DNA of 64,000 nucleotides, taken from NCBI RefSeq assembly GCF_008831285.2, contig NC_045138.2:38316001-38380000 (forward strand), in the 5' to 3' direction. The DNA is from Nymphaea colorata (Eukaryota). Shown here piece after piece: positions 50,301 to 61,174 of the stretch. A program made the translations under genes and the position numbers. Within the stretch, counting starts at the first letter, position 1. Each line of letters begins with the position of its first letter. The notes under the pieces are model-generated. The model had not been told where the DNA came from. It did no database searches and worked only from the letters and a program-made list of their open reading frames with translations.

Positions 50301-51591
50301 TATTTTTCTTGACACTTGGAACAACAAGGACATCCTTTAATGGAATGGAAGAGGAACCCATAGATATTTGTGCATTTTCAATGTGCGATATTGTGTGATG
50401 GGAACCATCTCCCGTGACAACTGAGCCTTGATCTAAATAAGGGAAAACACTAGATAAAGTACCTGTGTCACCAGTAACATGGACTGCTGCTCCAGAGTCC
50501 ACATACCACTCTCCTTGCTCATTTTGCTTCAAGTGGAGCTTAGATAAGGCTGTCATAAGAAGTTGTTGCACCTCCGATGAAACATTTGATGTTGGATTTG
50601 AGCTAGATGAGGATGAAACGGACCCTGCTGCTGCCTTGTTTTCACGCCTGACTTGATTATTCTTATTCTGAGGATTGTGCCAACATTCTGATTTCACATG
50701 TCCCCTCTTATTACAATAAAAGCAAGTTGGAACCCTTCTAGATGTGGCAGCAGTAGTATTCATGCCTGGTGGTGTCGGGAGAATCCCTCTTCCCATTCCT
50801 GCCTGAGGAGTCCAAGGTCGAGTACGATTCCCTTGCAATGCATGTGTTCCTGTGATCAATACATTGTGGCTGTTGGGAGAAGTCAAATTCTGTCGCTGGA
50901 CACGACTAGCTTCGTGTTGAAATAACTTGGCTTTCAGATCTTCAAAAGATGGGAGGATAGGTAAAACCTCCAAGGCTGTGCAAAAAATATCAAACTCTGT
51001 TCCCAGGCCACTCAAGGCTTGTTGCACTTTGTCTTTATCACTGACAGGATGTCCAATGGCAGCAAGTTGATCACTTACGTTTTTTATTTCATTCAGATAT
51101 TCCAAAACTGTACGCGTCCCACGCTTGATATCCTGAAATTGTCTTCTTAATTGCAGAAACCGTGCTTCCGATACTTGAGAATACGTTGTGGCAAGGGTAG
51201 ACCACAATTCTAAGGCTGTCAAATCATCATCAATGCCTCCTAATACCTCCTCTGACAAGGTAGAAGTAATATATGCGACAAGTGACTGGTCGTGGGCCAG
51301 CCAAACATCATATTCAGGATTATTTTCCGTAAGAGTATCATATTCAATGCTAGTTTCACTTCCAGCCGAAGCCCCAATAGCTTGATCTCCCACTACGGTC
51401 TTCTTCACTTCACGGTAAATATATTTTGGAGGTGCTGGAGTAGTGCCATCGATATGCCCATAGAGTCTATGACTTTTAATAAATGGAACAATTTGACGTT
51501 TCCAAGTCAAATAGTTACTATGATTCAATTTTTGGGAAATAAGTTGGGAGAGAAAACTGGAGGATAGAAGAGAGGGCGTCGGCTGATCCAT
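47350..51591 (-). pseudogene. gag-pol with premature stop in RNase H (1386 aa) and lost C-terminus
   Basis: Protein appears identical to copia-2 up to HFIR, then CAG>TAG at 47431-47433. Confidence 0.9.
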
Positions 51592-52189
51592 GACTGAATA
51601 AAGATGATTAGGGCAGACAACGTGAGGCAGAAAACAGAATTAGGGCAAAAACGGACCGGAATTAGGGCAGAAAACAGAATTAGGGCAGAAAACAGAATTG
51701 AGGCAGAAAACAGAATTAGGGCAAAAACGGACTGAAATTAGGGCAAATGGATTTAGGGCAAATCACACAAGATTCAAGGCAGAAACAGAAATGAGGGATA
51801 TCCACGCCAGAAATGAGTACTTAGGGCAGATTAGGGATAATCACGTCAAACTGAAACCACTCACCGGAGGACGAGGGAACCTGGCTCTGATACCATGTAA
51901 GAATCTTTGCTTAATGTAAGAATCTTTGCTTATGCACGTCTCTCCGTCTGAAATCTGCTAGAATGAGAAGAAGAAGTAGAAGAGAAGACAAATGGAGAAA
52001 GAGAGTCACCGGCCATTTTAGCCGTGTGATCCTTAAGCTATATTAAAGAATAAACCTAATCAGGTTATAACAAAATGTACACAAATTATATAACATTTAC
52101 AGATGTGCCACCGCCTAGTATGTTTAGGCGTGTGGATTAGAAAACAAGTGGATCGGGTCTGAATAGACCCGAACCTCCATACGCTAACA
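47350..52189 (-). mobile_element. 3'-truncated duplicate of copia-2 (no 3' LTR or PPT)
   Basis: LTR 51896-52189, PBS 51883-51895; sequence ends in RNase H, joined to satellite at a TGTGA microhomology; no TSD pair. Confidence 0.94.
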
Positions 52190-55100
52190 GCAACGTCTTC
52201 ACAATCAAGTTAAAAATGTCAATTACACGCATTTGAAATAAATGGTGAATTGAAGATATAGCCGATGCATGGCCAACTAGATACATCGGCATAATGATCC
52301 ATTTTAGGGGGTTATGTGTGAGACAAAAGCATTGATTCTGAAAAAACTTGGGCAGGAAAGATTCGATGAACCCTATACATCAAAAGGGAAAGCAGTACAA
52401 TGAGACATGAGAATTGCATATGGATCTTGATGAGGCTACGTCCCTACTATCAAGTTCAAAATGTCAATCAAATGCACTGCAAATAAATGGCTGACTGAAG
52501 ACATGGTCGATGCATGTCAAATTAGATGCATCAGCATAATGCTCTTTTTTAGAAGGTCATGTGGGAGACAAAAGTGTTGCCTATGAAAAACCTAGAGTAT
52601 GAAAGATACGATGAACCCCGTACAACAAAAGTGGAAGCAGTCCGGTAAGACATGCGAACTGCATATGGATTTTGATGAGGCAACGTCCCTACCATCAAGT
52701 TCGAAATGTCAATCACATGCATTTGAAATAAATGGCGGATTGAAGACATAGCCGATACATGGCCAACTAGATGCATCGACATAATTGTATGTTTTAGAAT
52801 GTTATATGTGAGACAAAAGTATTGTCTATGAAAATACTATGGTAGGAAAGATACGATGAACCCCGTACAACAAGAGGGGAAACAGTTCCATAAGACATGC
52901 GAACTGCATATGGATATTGTTGAGGCAACGTCTCCACAATCAAGTGAAAAATGTCAATTACATGCATTTGAAATAAATGGTGAATTGAAAATATAGCCGA
53001 TGCATGGCCAACTAGATGCATCGGCATAATGATCCGTTTTAGGAGGTTATGTGTGAGATAAAAGCATTGACTCTGAAAAAAGTGGGGTAGGAAAGATGTG
53101 ATGAACCCTATACATCGAAAAGGAAAGCCGTACCTTGAGACATGGGAACTGCATATGGATCTTGATGAGGCTACGTCCCTACTATCAAGTTCAAAATGTC
53201 AATCAAATGCACTGTAAATAAATGGCTGACTGAAGACATGGTCGATGCATGGCAAATTAGATGCATCAGCATAATGGTGAGTTTTAGAGGGTCATGTGTG
53301 AGACAAAAGTATTGACTATGAATAACCTAGAGTATGAAAGTTACGACAAACCCCGTACAACAAAAAGGGAAGCAGTCCCGTCAGACATGCGAACTGCATA
53401 TGGATATTGATGTGGCAACGTCCCTACCATCAAGTTCAAAATGTCAATCACATGCATTTGAAATAAATGGCGAATTGAAGACATAGCCGATGCGTGGCCA
53501 ACTAGATGCATCGACATAATGGCATGTTTTATGATGTTATTTGTGAGACAAAAGTATTGTCTATGAAAATTCTATGGTAGTTAAGATTCGATGAACTCCG
53601 TACAACAAGGGAAGCAGTTTCGTAAGACATGCGAACTGCATATAGATATTGTTGAGGCAACGTCTCCACAGTCAAGTTAAAAATGTCAATTACACGATTT
53701 TGAAATAATTGGTGAATTGAAGATATAGCCGATGCATGGCCAACTAGATGCATCGGCATAATGATCCATTTTAGGGGGTTTTGTGTGAGACAAAAGCATT
53801 GATTCTGAAAAAACTTGGGCAGGAAAGATTCGATGAACCCTATACATCAAAAGGGAAAGCAGTATAATGAGACATAAGAATTGCAGATGGATCTTGATGA
53901 GGCTACGTCCCTACTATCAAGTTCAAAATGTCAATCAAATGCACTGCAAATAAATGGCTGACTGAAGACATGGTCGATGCATGTCAAATTAGATGCATCA
54001 GCATAATGCTCTTTTTTAGAAGGTCATGTGGGAGACATAAGTATTGCCTATGAAAAACCTAGAGTATGAAAGATACGATGAACCCCGTACAACAAAAGTG
54101 GAAGCAGTCCGGTAAGACATGCGAACTGCATATGGATTTTGATGAGGCAACGTCCCTACCATCAACTTCGAAATGTCAATCACATGCATTTAAAATAAAT
54201 GGCGGATTGAAGACATAGCCGATACGTGGCCAACTAGATGCATCGACATAATTGTATGTTTTAGAATGTTATATGTGAGACAAAAGTATTGTCTATGAAA
54301 ATACTATAGTAGGAAAGATACGATGAACCCCGTACAACAAGAGGGGAAACAGTTCCGTAAGACATGCGAACTGCATATGGATATTGTTGAGGCAACGTCT
54401 CCACAATCAAATTAAAAATGTCAATTACACGCATTTGAAATAAATGGTGAATTGAAGATATAGCCGATGGATGGCCTACTAGATGCATCGGCATAATGAT
54501 CCGTTTTAGGAGGTTATGTGTGAGACAAAAGCATTGATTCTGAAAAAACTGGGGCAGGAAAGATTCGATGAACCCTATACATGAAAAGGGAAAGCAGTAC
54601 CTTGAGACATGGGAACTGCATATGGATCTTGATGAGGCTACGTCCCTACTATCAAGTTCAAAATGTCTATCAAATCCACTGCAAATAAATGGCTGACTGA
54701 AGACATGGTCGATGCATGTCAAATTAGATGCATCAGCATAATGCTCTTTTTTCTAAGGTCGTGTGTGAGACAAAAGTATTGACTATGAAAAACTTAGAGT
54801 ATGAAAGTTACGACGAACCCCGTACAACAAAAGGGGAAGTAATCCCGTAAGACATGCGAACTGCATATGGATATTGATGAGGTAACATCCCTACCATCAA
54901 GTTCAAAATGTCAATCACATGCATTTGAAATAAATGGCGGAATGAAGACATAGCCGATGCATGGCCAACTAGATGCATCGGCTTAATGGTATGTTTTAGG
55001 AGGTTATATGTGAGACAAAAGTATTGTCTTTTAAAATACTATGGTATGAAAGATACAATGAAACCCGTACAACAAGAGGGGAAGCAGTTCCGTAAGACAT

Positions 55101-57414
55101 GCGAACTGCATATGGATATTGTTGAGGCAACGTCTTCACAATCAAGTTAAAAATGTCAATTACACGCATTTGAAATAAATGGTGAATTGAAGATATAGCC
55201 GACGCATGGCCAACTAGATGCATCGACATAATGATCCGTTTTAGGGGGTTATGTGTGAGACAAAAGCATTGATTCTGAAAAAACTGGGGCAGGAAAGATT
55301 CGATGAACCCTATACATGAAAAGGGAAAGCAGTACCTTGAGACATGGGAACTGCATATGGATCTTGATGAGGCTACGTCCCTACTATCAAGTTCAAAATG
55401 TCAATCAAATCCACTGCAAATAAATGGCTGACTGAAGACATGGTCGATGCATGTCAAAGTAGATGCATCAGCATAATGCTCTTTTTTCTAAGGTCATGTG
55501 TGAGACTAAAGTATTGACTATGAAAAACCTAGAGTATGAAAGTTACGACGAACCCCGTACAACAATAGGGGAAGTAGTCCCGTAAGACATGCGAACTGCA
55601 TATGGATATTGATGAGGTAACATCCCTACCATCAAGTTCAAAATGTCAATCACATGCATTTGAAATAAATGGCGGAATGAAGACATAGCCGATGCATGGC
55701 CAACTAGATGCATCGGCATAATGGTATGTTTTAGGAGGTTATATGTGAGACAAAAGTATTGTCTTTTAAAATACTATGGTAGGAAAGATACAATGAAACC
55801 CGTACAACAAGAGGGGAAGCAGTTCCGTAAGACATGCGAACTGCATATGGATATTGTTGAGGCAACGTCTCCACAATCAAATTAAAAATGTCAATTACAC
55901 GCATTTGAAATAAATGGTGAATTGAAGATATAGCCGATGCATGGCCTACTAGATGCATCGGCATAATGATCCGTTTTAGGAGGTTATGTGTGAGACAAAA
56001 GCATTGATTCTGAAAAAACTGGGGCAGGAAAGATTCGATGAACCCTATACATGAAAAGGGAAAGCAGTACCTTGAGACATGGGAACTGCATATGGATCTT
56101 GATGAGGCTACGTCCCTACTATCAAGTTCAAAATGTCTATCAAATCCACTGCAAATAAATGGCTGACTGAAGACATGGTCGATGCATGTCAAATTAGATG
56201 CATCAGCATAATGCTCTTTTTTCTAAGGTCGTGTGTGAGACAAAAGTATTGACTATGAAAAACTTAGAGTATGAAAGTTACGACGAACCCCGTACAACAA
56301 AAGGGGAAGTAATCCCGTAAGACATGCGAACTGCATATGGATATTGATGAGGTAACATCCCTACCATCAAGTTCAAAATGTCAATCACATGCATTTGAAA
56401 TAAATGGCGGAATGAAGACATAGCCGATGCATGGCCAACTAGATGCATCGGCATAATGGTATGTTTTAGGAGGTTATATGTGAGACAAAAGTATTGTCTT
56501 TTAAAATACTATGGTAGGAAAGATACAATGAAACCCGTACAACAAGAGGGGAAGCAGTTCCGTAAGACATGCGAACTACATATGGATATTGTTGAGGCAA
56601 CGTCTTCACAATCAAGTTAAAAATGTCAATTACACGCATTTGAAATAAATGGTGAATTGAAGATATAGCCGACGCATGACCAACTAGATGCATCGACATA
56701 ATGATACAGTTTTAGGAGGTTATGTGTGAGACAAAAGCCTTGACTTTGAAAAGACTGGGGTAGGAAAGATGCGATGAACCCTATACATCGAAAGGGGAAG
56801 CAGTGCCATGAGACTTGGGAACTGCATATGGATATTGATGAGGCTACGTCCTTACTATCAAGTTCAAAATGTCAATCAAATGCACTGCAAATAAATTGCT
56901 TACTGAAGACATGGTCGATGTGTGGCAAATTAGATGCATCAGCATAATGGTCAGTTTTAGAGGGTCATGTGTGAGACAAAAGTATTGACTCTGAAAAACC
57001 TAGAGTTTGAAAGATTTGATGAACCCCGTACAACAAAAGGGGAAGCAGTCCCGTAAGACATGCGAACTGCATATGGATATTGATGAGGCAACGTCCCTAC
57101 CATCAAGTTCAAATTGTCAATCACATGCATTTGAAATAAATCGCGGAATGAAGACACAGCCGATGCATGGCCAACTAGATGCATCGGCATAATGGTATGT
57201 TTTAGGAGGTTATATGTGAGACAAAAGTATTGTCTATGAAAATACTATTGTAGGAAAGATACAATGAACCCCGTACAACAAGAGGGGAAGCAGTTCCGTA
57301 AGACATGCGAACTGCATATGGATATTGTTGAGGCAACGTCTTCACAATCAAGTTAAAAATGTCAATTACACGCTTTTGAAATAAATGGTGAATTGAAGAT
57401 ATAGCCGACGCATG
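52190..57414. repeat. ~245-bp satellite array, 735/1470-bp higher-order repeat
   Basis: Homologous ORFs at 54261/55731 and 54996/56466 (1470 bp apart). Confidence 0.95.
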
Positions 57415-60128
57415 CAAATGCTTCACCAGTTTGTGTAGAAGACTTTGAAACATCACTTTCATCCACTTCCACACTACATGAAGAGCCTATTGCAGGAGAA
57501 TCTGAAACAACTTTTTTTCCTTTCGTTCTGTTTGCCATCTTTTATGGTTTTACCTTCAAAGTCCAAGATCAATGTGTGGTGTATTAGAAAGTAGAAACAT
57601 AGTGTACTACAAGATGCTTCTTCATTTAAAAAAATCATGAATGAAATGAAGTGTTCGCCGAAGAAATGGGAGAACACATTAAACAAAAGGAGTGACAAGT
57701 CATAACAATTTTACAAAGTTTGTTTGGTAGGGAAACCAAAAATTCTACATGAAACATGAGATGCTCATCTAAGACTACACAGTGGTCTCATGTTTGTGCC
57801 CTCATTTTTCATTCATGATCAGACCATATGCAAACTAATATTAATATACAATTCTTCCTAAAAAATATCCACCCAAAAACATATTCTTCACATTTAATCA
57901 CCACAAACACCAATGTGATAACAACATCAAGTATTGCCATTGTTGGTAGTTAAATAAAAGCATCTACAAAAATCATACAAAATAACATGCAATTTGTGCC
58001 CTCATTTGTGAACAAGCTATGATAAGTTGATAACAGATAGATATCCCCTTTGAGGAACATTCTTTGGGACCCCAAACACCAAGATGTGGACTAAAGATGG
58101 ATGTTAGTGACACTACATGACTCAGACTTCAATGTCAATACCAAAAAAACAACACATAGAATGCTGTAATATAAGACTAAGGTTGGGAAAAGAAGTGTTC
58201 TCTTCTATGGCAATTGGCAATATGACTCTTAGATGGCTGCTCCTACATGTATCAATAGGCACTACATCACAGTAAGATAGGATGCAGTGGGTGCCAACTA
58301 CTTTTTAAATCAGAAAACTAAGTACACAATACACAGGGGCCAAAGGGCCCAAAACTCCTGAACTGAGCAATCACATATTTCTGGAATAGTGAGCAAATTT
58401 TGTATACTGCGCATCACACAGCTAGTAGCCTAGTACTGCAAAATATACTTTAATAACATCGAATAGTGAGCAAATTATGTGGTTAGATGAATAGCCATAA
58501 CTAGCGAATCAGCCATAACATTGTACTCTGACACTTTGATACATTTTATCGAGAGCAGAAAGTAATTATATGTACAGTAAATGAGTAAAGTACTTCACAT
58601 CCACGTCGGGCTGCAAAGAGATTCTATAAACCGAAACCAGTGGCACCTAAAACATTGACCGCCATTTCATTAGCAAAATGTAACCCACAAAGAGGGCAGT
58701 AAAGCGTTGAATTCTAGCTCGACAGAAAAGGTTTCACTCCATCACTCCAACAACTAACCAACCAAGAAGCTGCAAGTCAAAGTTCCTGTGTTTTCCAAAA
58801 AAAAAAACGTATGTGAAAGAGAGATGATCTACCTTTTAAGGCAAACAATTAGTTCAAAGGGTGAGAAATCTGCAAACAAGAAGTTCGACGGTCACCTTCT
58901 GCCACAAGCGCAACAGATCCGCTCACCAAACCTCCAATTCAGAGCTCTGCAAGGGAGATAAAGACCCATCACTACTCTGAAGAGTCTGAACTCAACGCAT
59001 ACAAAGACGCGCTCATTAAACACAATCACCACTCCTTCTACTCCAATCCCCTCCTTGCTCTTCAAGAAGAAGGAGAGACAGAGAGAGATTGTGTGTGTGT
59101 GTGCGTGTGTGTGTTTAAATTTTCCAGAGATCAGAACTCCGGAGAGCAAATGGGGAGTTTAGAAAGAGCAGAAAAATGTCACCAAGAACACTTGGAAGCA
59201 ATCAACATTCATGGATCGTCTTCCGAAAACCCCAAAAACGCCCAAGTCGCGACTAACTTCCAAAGTAAACCACCAAAAACCCACACAGAAATCCGGAAGC
59301 AAATGAGGAGAGCAGAATGTCGATCAGATCACCGAAGAGCTCAACCCAATCCCCCCCACATCCTTCAGCTCACCCAACACTTCTGCCATCCAAGAAAAGC
59401 AAAAGGAAACAAGAAGAAAAAGAAAACAACGACAAGACAGAAAAAGTGAACAACGAGCAATTCCCCGGCGAGGATCACCCCCGAAGGGGAATCCCCGTCA
59501 AGCAAAGTGATCTTCTGCTCCCAGAAACCAAATGTGGGCTGCCTCCTTCCTCTACCCAGTAGGAAGCGGAGATCAAAGTGTACATTACATCAGTCGTTCA
59601 GTACATATTAAAGAGTGAGAGAGAGAGTTTACCGCACGCAGCGCAGAGAAGAGCGGCCGGCAGCGTCGCAGAGAGGGAGCAGCGGGTTTTGGCCTTCTGG
59701 GTGAGGGAGCAGCACAGAGAGAGGGAGCAGAGAGTTCCCCAAGCGTCGCAGAGAGAGGGAGCACCGGAGCAGAGAGAGGGAGCAACGCACAGAGAGGGAG
59801 CACCGGAGCAGCGAGTGCTGAACGTCTGGCCTTATGGGTGAGGGAGCAGCACAGAGAGCAGAGAGAGGGCTGGAGGGAGAGGGAGAGAAGCCGAGCGTGC
59901 CCTAACCTAAGTTAAAAATCATGTAAAAATTAAAAAAACGCCCAAACTTTTGACGAAAAAGGGCAAGTGCGGTTTGACCGCACCCGACTCGCGTCTGCGC
60001 GTCTGGAAATGGACGAATTCAGTCAGGTGCGGCTGACCGCACCCGACTCACGTTGACCTTTTTGGGTGCGCACCCGCAACGCATCGACACGGGTGTGGGT
60101 CCAAGTTGGACGCACCCAGGTATCATTG
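57415..60128 (-). mobile_element. Probable truncated DNA transposon (hAT-like 5' end with intron/exon-like interior)
   Basis: Interrupts a copia gag abruptly; minus-strand terminus CAATGATACCTGGGTGCG; clustered subterminal GCACCC(G) motifs at 59980-60117; GA-rich repeats at 59660-59890; AT-rich intron-like DNA with splice-like sites. No second TIR and no transposase motif visible. Confidence 0.5.
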
Positions 60129-60548
60129 CAGACAAGTCACCCTGTTTAAGAGAATAGATGTTGTGTTTAATCTGGTATGTACGCAGGACTCTCTTTTTAC
60201 GGCCATACGTCCTCGCAAACACAGTCCACATGTCATATGAGGTCAACTTTCGCAAAATAAGGGGCTGAATATCAGCAGAAACAGAACTAATAATCCAAAC
60301 CTTAACTTGACTATCTTCCAACGCCCAAGTCGCCCATCCAGGATCAGTTTTACTAGGCGCAGGTTTCTCCCCAGTGATATAGGGCAGACGACCGTGACTA
60401 GTGATCCCAATTTCAAGCGCAGCAGACCAAGAGAGATAATTGTCTTTGTTCAGCCGAATAGAGGTGACTTGAACAGGCACATTTTCGCTCTTGGTATTGC
60501 TATCGTGTCAAAGGTAACATCGGTCTTGGAGGTCATCTCTTCAGTCAT
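60129..60548 (-). pseudogene. Copia gag N-terminal fragment (frameshifted, truncated)
   Basis: VTSIRLNKDNYLSWS...YITGEKPAP...W...DSQVKVWIISSV...IYSLKQGDLS is a typical copia gag N-terminus. The candidate ATG at 60548 is out of frame with it; the sequence is cut at 60129. Confidence 0.85.
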
Positions 60549-60887
60549 ATCGTCCACAAAAGAAATCCAACAGTCAGAGAATACCAGAAAAGCACACGAT
60601 GAGGACGGGCAGCGGCAGAACAGAGAGCTGCATCGACGGGAAAAAGGCCAGGCGACGACGGCGGTCTTGGCGACGGCGGCGGTCCAGGGGGCGGTGGTCC
60701 TGGCGACGGCGGTCTAGGCTACGGCGGCGATCCTGGCGACGACGGGGGTGCACGCCAGGCGACATCGGCGGGCTGCGTCGGCAGGCGGCGTCGGCGAGGA
60801 TTTAGGGTTCAGACGTAGGGTTCCAAGAAAACCCTAAATCACAAACGAACAAAGAAGCCAAACATCACGACTTTGGCTCTGATACCA

Positions 60888-61174
60888 TGATGAAACACGC
60901 AGCGAAAGAAGAGAAAGAAAAGCCAACATAGGATTTACGTGGAAAACCTCAGAAAGAGGTGAAAAACCACGGGAAGCTCTAACCTAGGGGCAAAACCGCA
61001 ACCCTAGGAGAGAGAAAACTTCATTCACTTAATCAGCAATTACAATAAGTGATTAGAATTAAAAGAGGGAGGAAGAGAGGCCTGCCTAGGGAATCGAGCC
61101 TATCCTCGGTTCCCACGCCCATGGGTATCGGGTCCATATCCGGACCCGGTTCCCTATAACACTGTATTCTAACA
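60888..61174 (-). repeat. 5' LTR of third copia (287 bp)
   Basis: Bounded by the PBS on one side and by CTAACA|GTAGGAAAG (satellite resumes) on the other. Confidence 0.85.

Larger units (their letters stand above)
47350..55835. repeat. 8486-bp tandem segmental duplication of 38864-47349 (truncated copia-2 plus flanking satellite)
   Basis: Constant 8486 offset for all ORF-track features (43105/51591, 44063/52549, 46510/54996), the same LTR-satellite junction and shared private satellite variants. Confidence 0.95.
60129..61174 (-). mobile_element. 5' remnant of a third Ty1/copia family (LTR, PBS, leader, partial gag)
   Basis: LTR 60888-61174 (TG...CA), PBS GGCTCTGATACCA at 60875-60887, gag-like translation downstream on the minus strand. 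Confidence 0.9.

Noticed and set aside
47350..52189. Independent new insertion of copia-2
   Set aside because: It shares the LTR-flank junction and downstream satellite with the first copy and lacks a TSD pair.
58892..59841. Short ORFs as host genes
   Set aside because: They overlap GT/GA simple repeats, mostly lack ATG starts and show no recognisable domain.
60574..60805. Arg-rich ORFs
   Set aside because: Translations of GC-rich short tandem repeats in the copia leader.
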